A stretch of DNA of 64,000 nucleotides from the NCBI GenBank assembly GCA_963833425.1, contig CAWHXP010000002.1, positions 192,001 to 256,000 on the forward strand. The letters are read 5' to 3'. Position numbers and translations under genes: made by a program. The notes under the pieces were generated by a model, which was given only the letters and a program-made list of their open reading frames with translations, was not told the origin of the DNA and made no database searches. The DNA is from an uncultured Methanosarcinaceae archaeon (lineage in GTDB: Archaea; Halobacteriota; Methanosarcinia; Methanosarcinales; Methanosarcinaceae). This document shows, piece by piece, positions 1-11,104 of this stretch (the stretch's first letter is position 1; each line of letters opens with the position of its first letter).

Positions 1-216
1 GTACAGCCATCAAGACTTTAAAAGGAATTGAAGCTATGAATATGATCAAAAAAGGACAAGTAAATGATCTAGATTACTCTATTTTTAATGAAGTCAAATA
101 CATTAATAAATTGTTTGGTATAATTTTATAATGTTAGTACATTTTCCTTGAATATTTTGATTTTTATTTATTACTTATAGATTTACATATTTTTTTGAAT
201 TTTTTGCAACGGAACC
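1..216 (+). mobile_element. IS6-family element, right-hand part (transposase C-terminus to 131, terminal IR 201-216); truncated by window edge
   Basis: Frame TAIKTLKGIEAMNMIKKGQV...LFGIIL* aligns with the C-terminus of the 47907-48611 transposase at a constant offset of 48480; IR TTTTTGCAACGGAACC is identical to 48681-48696. Confidence 0.9.
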
Positions 217-229
217 CTTTTCTGAAAAG

Positions 230-260
230 CTAAGGCAATTGGACACCTTGCCTTAGTTTT
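230..260 (-). terminator. Hairpin downstream of the substrate-binding protein gene, possible terminator
   Basis: CTAAGGCAA (230-238) / TTGCCTTAG (248-256) perfect stem flanked by A- and T-runs. Confidence 0.4.
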
Positions 261-281
261 TCATTCTTAAATTCATCTGCT

Positions 282-1310
282 TCATTTCGCAGTGATAGCT
301 TTCTCATAGAAACTTGTATCAAAAAGATCTTCTTTTGTCAGAGGTTTCGAAGTGTAATTCAACCCATATAGAACATTCGAGAAATCAACAGTAGAATTTT
401 CAATCGGTGCAGGATCTGTAATCAGTTCTCCATCCCATTCTTTTAGAGATGCCTTTATAGTTTCAAGATCCTCTGAAGTCTTATTTGATAAAATCTGAGC
501 AGCTTCATCCTTATGCGCCGTGGTATACTTAGTTGCATTAATATGCGTCTTTACAATCTGCTCCACAATATCCGGATGATCCCGGATAAGTTTTCCGCTT
601 ATCAAAAGCACACAGCATATGTGATTAGGTTCCATCTGCCCAGATTGTACGATGGTGCGCCCATTACCTGCCTTTTCTACACTTGTTGGGGAGGGATGAG
701 GCAGGAAGACGGCGTCTACCTTTTTGGCTGAAATAGCGCTGACGGCGTCTCCTGCTGCGGCCATTCCAACGATTGTCACATCTTTCTCAGGGTCAATGCC
801 GTTTTCCTTGAGCCATTTTCTCAATAGCGTATTTTGAATTGATCCTGGTGGATATGTAGCTATTTTGAGTCCCTTTAAGTCTTGAGGACTTGTATACTTG
901 TATTCTGGCCTTAGAACAAGACTTGAACCATTTGTATTTACAGGTTCAACAATCTTTGCGTCAAGACCCTGGCTGAGAGCTGTAATAGCAGGGGCTGCCC
1001 CGACATAAGCTACGTCCAGATCTCCAGACATCATGGCTTGCATTTCAGGAGGGCCGGTTTGGAACACATACTCTTTGATATCCTGAACTCCATAAGGTGC
1101 AAGATCTGTTTTCCACCATCCTTTTTCATCTGCAACCACAAATGCAATATGATGGGTACTTGGTTGATAGCCCATTCTCAGTTGCGTAATTGCAGATGCT
1201 CTTTGAACTCCGCTTCCATTATTGGATACGTTCCCTTTATCGGATACACAGCCGGATACGAAGACAGATGCTACCAGTAATAAAATGAGTACAATACCTA
1301 GTTTTTTCAA
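282..1310 (-). CDS. ABC transporter substrate-binding lipoprotein, nitrate/sulfonate/taurine (SsuA/TauA-like) family
   Basis: Lipobox VSGC; LRMGYQP, GDLDVAYVG, DLKGLKIA, HICCVL motifs; TTG start; no permease or ATPase adjacent in the window. Confidence 0.85.
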   Translation of the reverse strand: MKKLGIVLILLLVASVFVSGCVSDKGNVSNNGSGVQRASAITQLRMGYQPSTHHIAFVVADEKGWWKTDLAPYGVQDIKEYVFQTGPPEMQAMMSGDLDVAYVGAAPAITALSQGLDAKIVEPVNTNGSSLVLRPEYKYTSPQDLKGLKIATYPPGSIQNTLLRKWLKENGIDPEKDVTIVGMAAAGDAVSAISAKKVDAVFLPHPSPTSVEKAGNGRTIVQSGQMEPNHICCVLLISGKLIRDHPDIVEQIVKTHINATKYTTAHKDEAAQILSNKTSEDLETIKASLKEWDGELITDPAPIENSTVDFSNVLYGLNYTSKPLTKEDLFDTSFYEKAITAK

Positions 1311-1516
1311 CGTTTCACTTCACAAATTTTATAACTATGAATAATTCCTATAGCCTGCACATTTCCCCTCTAGAATTAACAATATCGGATGAACTATTTT
1401 AGAAAATTTTTAGCAATGCTAAATATAGATCGAAAAGTGGGGTATTTTAGTCTACAAGCAGCACTTTTTGATATCTCTCCGTGAGGTTAGTTCAAATTTT
1501 GGTGCTATCTATATTA

Positions 1517-1632
1517 GGACTCATGCGATTGCACTGAAAAATCAACAGCATTAAACTTTTAATTGTCTAAAATGAAAATTTAAATAGCAATCTTTCTTAC
1601 ACTTGATTTTGCACCTCAAGTGCATAAGTACC
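1517..1632. mobile_element. MITE-like dispersed repeat family A, copy 1 (about 110-116 bp)
   Basis: Ends GGACTCATGCG...TGCATAAGTACC; internal AAAAATCAACAGCATTAAACTT matches 3704-3818. Confidence 0.6.
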
Positions 1633-1852
1633 TGCAAGCATATTTCTACTACCGTAAAATAGGTGTTTGAATAGACAAATAAATTATACACCTATGTTAA
1701 TCTACGGAATGTCAGTTTAGATATGATATTAACTACTACTCAGCTAAAGACCCAAAGGTTTTAAGCTTTGTCCCAAAAATTATAAAATTAATTAAATCAT
1801 TTTAGATCTACTACGGAGAACTTCTTTTACAGAGATGAGTACAAACGGTATG

Positions 1853-2347
1853 TTATAATCCCTTGGGTTTAATCTTTGCCAAACTTCCATATTTAATTTC
1901 AAAATGTATATATTCCACTTCCACACCTGCATTCCTAAAAAAATTAAGTGAATCAGTATCATGATAAAGAGTTGCATATACAACCCTCTTGATATTTGAA
2001 TTAATAATCATTTTCGTGCAGAGAATACAAGGCTGATGTGTGCAATAGATAGTTGCCCCTGATACGTTCACCCCATGGATTGCAGCCTGAATGATGGCAT
2101 TCTGTTCCGCATGCACTGCCCTGCATTTCTCCTGTTGAGTACCAAAAGGGATCTTCTCCATGTCCCGGATACACCCGATTTCAAGGCAGTGTTCCATACC
2201 ACTCGGAGCCCCGTTGTATCCAGTTGAGAGTATACGTTTATCTCTAACAACAACTGCCCCTACATTATTTCGGAGGCAGGTAGATCGTTTTCCCACCACG
2301 AAAGCAATTTCAAGGAAATATTCGTCAAGGGAAGGTCTTTCTGTCAT
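1853..2347 (-). CDS. dCMP deaminase (cytidine/deoxycytidylate deaminase family)
   Basis: RSTC, VGAV, TGYNG, HAEQNAI, PCILC zinc motifs; likely start MTERPS at 2347. Confidence 0.92.
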   Translation of the reverse strand: MTERPSLDEYFLEIAFVVGKRSTCLRNNVGAVVVRDKRILSTGYNGAPSGMEHCLEIGCIRDMEKIPFGTQQEKCRAVHAEQNAIIQAAIHGVNVSGATIYCTHQPCILCTKMIINSNIKRVVYATLYHDTDSLNFFRNAGVEVEYIHFEIKYGSLAKIKPKGL

Positions 2348-2693
2348 TATTTTTAATGAACAGTAACATTGTATATATAGCTGTGACGTTAGAACTTGTA
2401 CCAGTTTCAAGAGTTAATTTTAAGCGTAATTAAATAGCGGTGTATAGGGAAAAATTTACTTTCAAAGAAAAAATATAGATAATTTTTACAGCTTAATGTT
2501 TAAAACGTATTGATTTTCTAACCAGACTGTATAGATTCTGTCATAGATTAAAGCTCCAGATCTTTATCTTATAGAATAGCCAATGTTTTTTTCGCTATAG
2601 AAATAAAAATATCTGGGTCTGGTTTATTGTGGATCAATGATTTATCTAATATTATCTTATAATACTTCATTAGTTTTATTTTATAATACTTCA

Positions 2694-3128
2694 TTAATTT
2701 TCTCCAGGATAACAACAGCTTTTATCATGTATGGTTTTCCCGCAAATACCTACTCTTGGATGCCCCAGAGAATTACAAATCTTATTGACCACATTCCTTG
2801 ATATGTATCCCTCAAACTTCAAAGCTTCATCACAAGCTTCGTGTCCAGAAAGCCCATAGTGAGAGAGCATCAATTCTATAACCCGGTGACGTTTAACTAA
2901 AAACTCAGCATGCTCTGTGCCCTTGGAAGTCAAACTAATGCCCCTATAAGGTACATAATCTATAAGGCCAGTGGAAGACATCTCCTGTATGGCCTTAGTA
3001 ATTGTTGACGGGTCAAGGTGAAAATGATCTGATATATCCATTGTACGAACAGTACCCCCTTTTTCAAATATATACTTCAAATATTCACTTTTTTTAGGGC
3101 TTAACTCTAGACCATCATTACGTTTCAT
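2694..3128 (-). CDS. DtxR/MntR-family metal-dependent transcriptional regulator
   Basis: EYLKYI, HTH (DPSTITKAIQEM), YVPYRGISLT, KRHRVIE, EALKFE, LGHPRVGICG; ATG at 3128 (alternative GTG 3146); divergent from metal ABC operon. Confidence 0.88.
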   Translation of the reverse strand: MKRNDGLELSPKKSEYLKYIFEKGGTVRTMDISDHFHLDPSTITKAIQEMSSTGLIDYVPYRGISLTSKGTEHAEFLVKRHRVIELMLSHYGLSGHEACDEALKFEGYISRNVVNKICNSLGHPRVGICGKTIHDKSCCYPGEN

Positions 3129-3703
3129 TGTTTGGTGTATACTCACATATTATTAATATTTTTTGCATATGTCTCAAATTTATGGTACAATCCCATTTCT
3201 GAAGAAAAAACGTATAGATATTCCTATGCTTACGTTTTTCAACAACACACTCTCACTATTTTAAAAAAATAGATATTATAAAATTTATATTTATCTAATA
3301 AATGATTCTAATTATAATATCAATAGAGTCGGATTTTTTGCCACAAATGCGTCGGATCAATAAATATATGTGTGATTTTCCGGTAAAAATGACCATTTTC
3401 TAATAAGTCATCTAATTTTTTTATTTAGTTTATTTTTGTATTTAAATAATCCTTAGCTATGACGAAAAATGCTTTATATGCCACAAAGTATTTGGTAGAT
3501 AACCAATAATTTATCAACGGGTAATTACATAATAATCTCGTCTCAAATCCATTTAATTTGGAACTTATGTGATTGAGGGATAAAATCAAAGATTTATGCT
3601 ATCATCAGAATTATTGATCTGTAGACAGTTGAATATTTAATGCTGCAGTTTCTCAGTTTTATCCCCATATTTAATCTATTTACCCCTAATCATTAGGATT
3701 CTA

Positions 3704-3818
3704 GAACTTTCGCAGTTGAAATAAAAAAATCAATAGCATTAAACTTCTAATTACCCAAAGTACAAATTTAGTCACAAAGTCTAAAGTACTTTGTTTTATA
3801 CCCAAAGTATGTAAGTCC
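3704..3818. mobile_element. MITE-like repeat family A, copy 2
   Basis: GAACTTTCGCAGTTGA...TATGTAAGTCC ends; similar to 1517-1632 and 33517-33627. Confidence 0.6.
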
Positions 3819-3944
3819 TAGATTCTTCACATTGTTTTTATGATCAGAGACTTGACTCTTCGTTCAAAATATGAGATTCAAAAAACTAACTTTAATTTTT
3901 GAGATCAGCTGAATAATGTATTCACATTCAGTAGGTAGAAAATA

Positions 3945-4895
3945 ATGAAACATACAACTTATATTGTCATAGGAGTGGTGATCCTTATTGCCCTTGTTTC
4001 TTTCATCGCAATAAAGGATTCTCACCCAAGTTCTTTTGGCACCAATAATAATTCAGTTGCCACCAATACTACAAAAACCATACAAATTGTTGCTGCTGAA
4101 AATTTTTGGGGCAGTCTGGTATCTCAGATTGGTGGAACGCATGTCAAAGTGTTGAGCATAGTTTCAGATCCCAATGCAGATCCACATGAGTACGAAAGTA
4201 ACACTGAAAATGCGCGTGCATTTGCCATGGCAGATTATATAATTGTTAATGGAGCCGGATATGACAGCTGGGCTGACAAGCTTATTGGAGCTGGCATCAA
4301 ATCAGACTGCAAAATTTTGAATGTAGCAAAGCTTCTTGGAAAAAAAGCGGGTGATAATCCTCATTTCTGGTATGACCCCGATTATGTGAACCTGACTGTG
4401 AAGCAGATGAAAGAAGATCTTATTTCTATCGATCCAGCCAATGATACATATTATAAACAAAATTATGCAAACTTGCAATTATCGCTTTCAAAATATCAAA
4501 ATAGGACCGCGGAGATCAAACAACAATTCGGGGGCGCGAAAGTAGCAGCCACAGAAAGTATCTTTGCATATCTAGCAAACGCTACGGGTCTTGACCTTGT
4601 TTCACCCCCTGAATTTACTCAAGCTGTTGCCGAAGGGAACGATCCGCCAGCAGAGAGCATTGTACAATTTGAGAAGCAGCTTAAGAGTGGAAATGTGAGT
4701 GTGCTGGTCTATAACCAGCAAACGGTAACGCCAATTACGAATAATATGAAGAAACTGGCTACAGAAGAAGGCATACCTATCATTGGTATCACAGAAACTA
4801 TACAGCCGCCAGATGTTTCGTTCCAGGATTGGATGAACTCAGAATTAATCTCTCTTCAGAATGCGCTAAATGCAAAAGCTCTTGGGAAACGATAA
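3945..4895 (+). CDS. Zn/Mn ABC transporter substrate-binding protein (ZnuA/TroA-like)
   Basis: N-terminal anchor; VAAENFWG, DPHEYE, NGAGYD, NPHFWY motifs. Confidence 0.92.
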   Translation: MKHTTYIVIGVVILIALVSFIAIKDSHPSSFGTNNNSVATNTTKTIQIVAAENFWGSLVSQIGGTHVKVLSIVSDPNADPHEYESNTENARAFAMADYIIVNGAGYDSWADKLIGAGIKSDCKILNVAKLLGKKAGDNPHFWYDPDYVNLTVKQMKEDLISIDPANDTYYKQNYANLQLSLSKYQNRTAEIKQQFGGAKVAATESIFAYLANATGLDLVSPPEFTQAVAEGNDPPAESIVQFEKQLKSGNVSVLVYNQQTVTPITNNMKKLATEEGIPIIGITETIQPPDVSFQDWMNSELISLQNALNAKALGKR

Positions 4896-5693
4896 ATGAA
4901 CGCAAACTATCCGAATATTATTACAGTTGAAAACTTGGCGGCCGGCTATCAGAACAACATCGTTTGGCAGGACGCCAATTTTACTATAGACCAAGGCGAA
5001 TTCGTAGCGATCATCGGGCCCAACGGATCGGGAAAAACAACCCTGTTTCGTTTACTTCTTGGGATACAACAACCTATTTGTGGCAACATTAAGATATTTA
5101 ATGCTCCACCTAAACGCGGCAATTCACGTATAGGTTTCGTACCGCAGAGACACTTAATTGATCCAGAAATGAACATCGAATCCCTTGAATTGGTAAGGCT
5201 CGGATTTTCCGGAAAACAGTGGGGTTTTAATCCATTTTCCCAAAGAGATCGCAAATACGCTTTTGATGCGCTGAAAGCCGTTGGAGCAGGAGATCTAGCA
5301 CATCGGTCCCTTGGCGTATTGTCAGGCGGAGAATTACAGCGGGTATTTCTAGCTGAAGCGTTGGTCAGCGACCCAGATCTATTATTGCTCGATGAGCCAT
5401 TGTCAAACCTTGATATAAGGCGCGAGCAAGAATTAGTGCAGCTTATAGATAATGTAGTTCGAGCACGCAATGCAACTGCATTGCTCATAGCTCACAATAT
5501 TAATCCGCTCCTCCAGGTTCTTGATAAAGTGATCTATATAGTCAACGGCAAAGTAGCAATCGGCAGGCCTAACGAGGTCCTGACATCGGAATCTTTATCA
5601 GCTTTATATGGAACACAGGTCGAGGTCCTGCGTGGTTCGCAGGGCCAGGTAGCAGTAATAGGTATCGAAGAAAACCAGCACCATTACGATTGA
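4896..5693 (+). CDS. Zn/Mn ABC transporter ATP-binding protein
   Basis: GPNGSGKTT, LSGGE, LLLLDEP; directly abuts the substrate-binding gene. Confidence 0.93.
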   Translation: MNANYPNIITVENLAAGYQNNIVWQDANFTIDQGEFVAIIGPNGSGKTTLFRLLLGIQQPICGNIKIFNAPPKRGNSRIGFVPQRHLIDPEMNIESLELVRLGFSGKQWGFNPFSQRDRKYAFDALKAVGAGDLAHRSLGVLSGGELQRVFLAEALVSDPDLLLLDEPLSNLDIRREQELVQLIDNVVRARNATALLIAHNINPLLQVLDKVIYIVNGKVAIGRPNEVLTSESLSALYGTQVEVLRGSQGQVAVIGIEENQHHYD

Positions 5694-5694
5694 T

Positions 5695-6552
5695 ATGTCC
5701 TTTAGCATTAATTTATTAACTGACCTGCAAGAGATGTGGCAGTACGGATTTATGCAGCATGCCTTTGAAGCCGGAACTATAGTCGCGATCGTCGCAGGCA
5801 TCGTCGGCTACTTTATAGTGCTTCGTCGCTCATCGTTCGCAGCGCATGCTCTTGCTCATATTGGATTTGCAGGAGCAGCTGGCGCCGTGCTATTTGGGAT
5901 CGCTCCTATAATAGGTCTCCTACTGTTCACGAGCTGTGGAGGTATAACGATAGCAATACTTGGTCGCCGAGCAGCTTCGCGCGACACTCAAATTGGAATA
6001 GTACTTGCATTCATGCTTGGACTTGGTGTTCTGTTCATTAGCCTCTATAGTGGCTATGCAACCGAAGCATACTCCATTTTATTCGGAGAAATATTGGGTA
6101 TTAGTAATAATGATGTCGCTGTGACACTTGTTGCCAGTCTGCTGATTATTTTTTCAACCGGGATCGTATATCGACCACTTTTATTTTCATCTCTTGATGA
6201 AGAAGTAGCAGAAGTAAAAGGATTGCCTACGCTTTTGCTTGGAATGATTTTCATGCTTATGGTCGCAGTTGCGACATCTGTAGCCGTTCAAGTCGTTGGT
6301 GTCCTCCTTATTTTTTCATTAATGATCACACCAGCAGCGATCGCTCACCTATTTGCAAAAAGACCAAAACAAGGCATAATGATCTCCATATTTATTGCTC
6401 TAATAGCAACGTGGCTTGGACTCTTCATTTCGTTTTATGAACCCTACCCGGTGAGCTTTTTTATAACTAGCATAGTATTCGTTCTTTATATTATTACCCT
6501 GATTTTTCAGAGAATTAAATCCAATCTGAGATTCATCGCTTATAATGAATAA
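5695..6552 (+). CDS. Zn/Mn ABC transporter permease (ZnuB-like)
   Basis: Multiple TM helices; HALAHIGFAG, ILFGEILG, VGVLL...TPAA motifs. Confidence 0.92.
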   Translation: MSFSINLLTDLQEMWQYGFMQHAFEAGTIVAIVAGIVGYFIVLRRSSFAAHALAHIGFAGAAGAVLFGIAPIIGLLLFTSCGGITIAILGRRAASRDTQIGIVLAFMLGLGVLFISLYSGYATEAYSILFGEILGISNNDVAVTLVASLLIIFSTGIVYRPLLFSSLDEEVAEVKGLPTLLLGMIFMLMVAVATSVAVQVVGVLLIFSLMITPAAIAHLFAKRPKQGIMISIFIALIATWLGLFISFYEPYPVSFFITSIVFVLYIITLIFQRIKSNLRFIAYNE

Positions 6553-6571
6553 GTAAATATCTTTATTGATA

Positions 6572-6927
6572 GAGTATTTCGATAAACTCCTATGCATTTT
6601 AACATTGGAGATTTTAAATCTCTTGACAATAATTTCTGCTCATGAAAACTCTTACTGATTTTGTTCTTAAAGAGGGATACAAATGTCTTCAGTCAGTTGG
6701 AGATAAACTTGCTAAAATTGGTTCCTTAATTGATTGGAAACCTTTTCGTATCATTTTCGAGTACATATATTTCAACAAAACAGTTTCCATAGGCAGACCT
6801 GAAGCTGATTTATTATTATGTTTAAAATGCTTGTTTTACAGCAATGGCATGATCTTGCTGACTTTGAAATTAAGAGAAAAATGGATTTATAGAATACGAT
6901 TTTCAAACTCACTCGAAATCTTAAAAT
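6572..6927 (+). mobile_element. IS5-family remnant: left end plus frameshifted, truncated transposase N-terminus
   Basis: End GAGTATTTCGATAAACTCC at 6572; MKTLTDF...GDKLAKIGSLIDWKPFR...GRPEAD, then in a shifted frame MFKMLVLQQWHDLADFE, typical of the IS5 N-terminal domain. Confidence 0.75.
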
Positions 6928-7290
6928 CTAATAGGCATCTTCCGGCTCAAAAACGTTCTCAATTATTATCTTTCCCTCTATATTTCGGAAAAAACAAGAT
7001 CTGTATCCCATATGGCAGACTCCTCCAACCTGCTTTACAAGCAAGAGGATAGAATCCATATCACAGTCAATCCTGATTTGATTTACGTTCTGCACATTCC
7101 CCGAAGTTTCCCTTTTTTCCCATACCTTTTGTCTGCTCCGGCTCCAGAAATGCGAGATTCCAGTTTCTATAGTTTTCTCAAGAGCTTCCCGATTCATATA
7201 AGCGCACATAAGCACTTCTCTGCTGACATAATCCTGAACAACAACACGAATCAAACCGTTGTCATATTTCAAGGTATCTAAATCGATCAT
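6928..7290 (-). CDS. hisI: Phosphoribosyl-AMP cyclohydrolase
   Basis: FWSRSR, ETSGN, DCDMD, CHMGYRSCF motifs. Confidence 0.93.
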   Translation of the reverse strand: MIDLDTLKYDNGLIRVVVQDYVSREVLMCAYMNREALEKTIETGISHFWSRSRQKVWEKRETSGNVQNVNQIRIDCDMDSILLLVKQVGGVCHMGYRSCFFRNIEGKIIIENVFEPEDAY

Positions 7291-7510
7291 GGAAAACAGA
7301 TTACCAAACTAGTATAAAAGAACACATTTTTATATAGATAGAAGTGTAGAATCTGGAACAAAAACTTGCCATTAAACTACAAATGAGAAAAGAATAATAA
7401 AATTAAGGTCCTTAAAAGGGACATTTGATTTATTTTCAGATTATTTTTGCCAGGAGATTAAGGAACTTAATTGTCGATAAAACCGTGCTTAAAAATTCTT
7501 CCTCAAGTTT

Positions 7511-8179
7511 TTATCTTTTTTTCCTATTAAGTAGCCAGCTTACAGAGATAAAGACGATAACCGCAATAGCGGTATAAAACACAATCAGCAAAAGAGAACC
7601 GTATTTACTCTCCAAGAAAAGATTTGTGTTATCTATCTGCTCATTGGATGGATACATGATATCCTGCGGATCATTGCTGTGATCCAATCCCAAGGCATGG
7701 CCCAATTCATGCTCTACAATGGCAATCATTGCTGTATCACTATACTGAACCCAATCAATCCACTGTTGAGTTCCAACTCCAAGTATAATATTTACGTATA
7801 CAAATTGCTCATTGACAATATGCCGGATTGTTTCACCTGCAATTCCATGAGAAGCATCTTGATCTTTCTGCAGATTTGCGTCCCATTTTATCCTGATATC
7901 AGCATCTTCCGAATCCACAATCTCAAACACAGGATTGTACTTCAGTTTACCATTTCCACCTTCTGCCCAATAATTCAGAGCTTTTTCTATATCTGCGTAA
8001 TAGGTGGGACTATAATGGAGAGGAACCGTTTTGTTATTTATATATACGGTGATAGGTGAATAATCCCATGGATGATCTAAAATTTTTGGATAACTAAATT
8101 CAGAAGCTTTCGATGTGATGGACAAAATAAGTGCCAGAAACAATAATAAGAAAAGCAATCGTATTTCAGCCCTATCCAT
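7511..8179 (-). CDS. Matrixin (M10-like) zinc metalloprotease, membrane anchored
   Basis: Signal peptide; HELGHALGLDH zinc motif; Met-turn DIMYP; C-terminal TM helix. Confidence 0.9.
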   Translation of the reverse strand: MDRAEIRLLFLLLFLALILSITSKASEFSYPKILDHPWDYSPITVYINNKTVPLHYSPTYYADIEKALNYWAEGGNGKLKYNPVFEIVDSEDADIRIKWDANLQKDQDASHGIAGETIRHIVNEQFVYVNIILGVGTQQWIDWVQYSDTAMIAIVEHELGHALGLDHSNDPQDIMYPSNEQIDNTNLFLESKYGSLLLIVFYTAIAVIVFISVSWLLNRKKR

Positions 8180-8408
8180 TTGGATAATATAAACCTACGT
8201 CTGCGTTATTTTGGTCCTTAACTTAATGAATTATACTTTTTATCTCTGAATATAACTTTTTAATCCATTTTTTTGCAAATGATAATACTTTTGATATTCT
8301 TGTGACTTAGTATTTGTAAATATATTAATGCTGGAGCTTTAGAGAAATTGGCTCAGATATATACTCTAATGAAAGATATATCTTAGAATTCATAGAAGTT
8401 GAGAGCGT

Positions 8409-10493
8409 ATGAAAAAAAAGAGAGTAATATATATATTCGTTTTTGGTATCGCATTAATTATCGCTTTAAACCTCGTAGCTTTTGGTTCTTCTGAAACTTC
8501 GATGAGTAATAAAACCATTTCAGGATATGAGAAAGCTTTCGATCCAGGGAGTATGAACCTCGCAGTAAAACCTGGCGATGATTTTTATGAGTATGTTAAT
8601 GGAGCTTGGATAAAAAGCCATCCTGTACCTGCGGATAAATCACGATACGGAGAGTTTGAGATAGTAAATGACAGAACCTTTGACCGCGTCAAAGACATCG
8701 TGGAGAGTGCAGCCAACAATACATCTGCTCCTAAGGAAAGCCTCGAGCAGAAAATCGGTAAATTTTACTCTATGGGAATGGATACTCCAACCATTGAAAA
8801 GCAGCGTCTAGATCCCATCAAAGACAAGCTAGAGAAGATAGACAACATCACCAACATCCCTGATGTCCAAGATGTATCAATGCAAATGATGGACTATGGT
8901 ATGGACCCCTTCTTCTCTATGTATGCCGAACCCAATAAAAAGAACAGTACAATTATGATCGCTACTCTCACTCAGGGGGGTTTAGGCCTCCCAGATAGAG
9001 ATTTCTATTTCAGGCAGGACAATGAATCTGTCCATATAAGAGAGCAATACCTAACTCACGTTGCCAAGATGTTTGCCTTCCTTGGAGACAGCCCAAAGAT
9101 TGCTGAGCACAATGCCAGAGCCGTAATGAAGATAGAGACAAGGCTAGCCAATGCATCCTTTACTAATGTGGCCAACAAAGATGCGGTCAAAACATATAAC
9201 AAGATGAACCTTGAGGAACTTCAGGCCTTTGCCCCAGGTATGAGTTGGTTTCATATCTTCAGTGTTCTGGGTCGCTCAGACGTGGCTGAGGTCAATGTGA
9301 GAAATCCATCCTTTTTCAAGGAATTGAGCATCTCTCTGCAGGAAGAGAGTGTAGCTGACTGGAAAACTTTTCTTCGCTGGAAGCTGATATCAGCCACGTC
9401 CCCCTATCTTAGCTCCGACCTAGAGAAGGAGCACTTTGATTTCTATGAGAAAAAACTCAATGGCCAGCAGGTGATGAAGCCCCGCTGGAAGAGGGTCCTT
9501 GATGCAGAATATGAGGCCATAGGTGAAGCCATAGGCCGCGTTTATGTGGAAAGGTATTTCGACTCAAGTTCCAAGGCCAGGATGCAGGAGATGGTATCTA
9601 ACTTAAAAAAGGCCTTTAGGGAAAGAATTAAAAATTTGACATGGATGGAACCCGAAACCAAGAAAAAAGCCCTTATGAAACTTGATGTCTTGGATGTTCA
9701 GATAGGCTACCCAGATGAATGGTTAAATTATTCAGAGCTTGAAGTGAATAATGATTCATATGTCATGAATGTCCTTAGTGCCTCGAAATTTAAGTTCCAC
9801 CACAGTTTCGATGGCTTGGATAAGATAGGCAAGCCAGTTGATCGTAAGCTCTGGCAGATGAATCCCCAAGAGACTAACGCCTATGCTGATCCTAATAAAG
9901 TTCTCGTAGTCTTTCCAGCTGGTATTCTTCAGCCTCCTTACTTTAACAAAGACGCTGATGATGTAATCAACTACGGTGCCATTGGCGCCATTATAGGACA
10001 CGAGATGACTCACCACTTCGATAGCCAGGGTAGGAAGTTCGATGTTAATGGAAATTTAACTAATTGGTGGACACAAAAAGATGCTGATACCTTTAATAAA
10101 AACACGGGTATTTTGGTGGATGAGTACAACAGGTTTGAAGTCCTTCCCGGCCTACATGTAAACGGTAACTTGACCCTGCAAGAGAATATAGCAGACTTCG
10201 GCGGATTGACGATGGCCTATCATGCATATAAACGTTCATTGAAAGAGGAGCCTAAGATAATTGATGGGTTTACGAGTGATCAAAGATTTTTCTTAAGCTT
10301 CGCCCAGATGTGGAGGCAATCTGAAACTAATGAAGGCCTAAGGATGCGAGCGCTTACTGATCCTCACTCTCCAAACAGGTTTAGAGTTAACGGCGTTGTC
10401 TTCAATGTGCCTGAGTTTTACAAGGCGTTCCCTAGTGTAAAGCCAGTGGATAAACTCTACAGCCCAGAAAATGAGAGGTCTGTGATATGGTAG
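8409..10493 (+). CDS. M13 family (neprilysin/PepO-like) metallopeptidase, secreted or anchored
   Basis: PGDDFYEYVNG, NAY, FPAGILQPP, GHEMTH, ENIADFGG, DPHSP..RVN, terminal IW; N-terminal hydrophobic helix. Confidence 0.95.
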   Translation: MKKKRVIYIFVFGIALIIALNLVAFGSSETSMSNKTISGYEKAFDPGSMNLAVKPGDDFYEYVNGAWIKSHPVPADKSRYGEFEIVNDRTFDRVKDIVESAANNTSAPKESLEQKIGKFYSMGMDTPTIEKQRLDPIKDKLEKIDNITNIPDVQDVSMQMMDYGMDPFFSMYAEPNKKNSTIMIATLTQGGLGLPDRDFYFRQDNESVHIREQYLTHVAKMFAFLGDSPKIAEHNARAVMKIETRLANASFTNVANKDAVKTYNKMNLEELQAFAPGMSWFHIFSVLGRSDVAEVNVRNPSFFKELSISLQEESVADWKTFLRWKLISATSPYLSSDLEKEHFDFYEKKLNGQQVMKPRWKRVLDAEYEAIGEAIGRVYVERYFDSSSKARMQEMVSNLKKAFRERIKNLTWMEPETKKKALMKLDVLDVQIGYPDEWLNYSELEVNNDSYVMNVLSASKFKFHHSFDGLDKIGKPVDRKLWQMNPQETNAYADPNKVLVVFPAGILQPPYFNKDADDVINYGAIGAIIGHEMTHHFDSQGRKFDVNGNLTNWWTQKDADTFNKNTGILVDEYNRFEVLPGLHVNGNLTLQENIADFGGLTMAYHAYKRSLKEEPKIIDGFTSDQRFFLSFAQMWRQSETNEGLRMRALTDPHSPNRFRVNGVVFNVPEFYKAFPSVKPVDKLYSPENERSVIW

Positions 10494-11104
10494 AATGACT
10501 TTTTTGCCTTTAATGGCATTTTATCATTTTTTAGATTTCGGGTTTTACAGAAAAAAAATGATTGTATGGTTTCAATCTGCATGTTAAAAACTGATTTTGA
10601 TAAAGTAAAAAAAGTCAATGATTGTACAAATAAAATTTCTATTTTTTCTCTATACACAATTTTTGTATTAGAATCTCTTTCCTTTATCAAAAAAGTATTA
10701 TCTTGTATCAAATGTGAACTAAATTAGGTGCTTGAAATTTGAGAACTATGGTAATACAGAATTCTTAAAATATCAACTGCTTAATGTGAAAGTATTCTTA
10801 AGTTCACCGATGCTAAAAAACTGTTATTTCAAATCAACAATTACTTTTTTTACTTCAGCCGCAAAGTTTTGAACCTTGGCCAGTTTCCAATTTTAAATTT
10901 TGTTGATTGTTGGTTGACCAGTATGTATGGACCGGTTAATGGTTAATGATAGGAACTATAACTGAATAAAACTATAAATCAAATGTAAACTAAATTTTTA
11001 CTGTTTATGTAATCTTATACTGGATTGTCGAAAACGTTATTATCTGCATTCACTTAACTAAAATTGTTGTTCTTAATTTCTATAAATTAAGGGGGTATTA
11101 TATA

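Noticed and set aside
7105..7125. hisI WEKRETSG instead of the usual WxKGETSG
   Set aside because: Looks like a local compensated shift; frame and metal ligands are intact, so not enough to call it inactive
10491..10493. TAG at the end of the M13 peptidase as a pyrrolysine codon
   Set aside because: The protein ends at the family-typical terminal IW, so this is a normal stop
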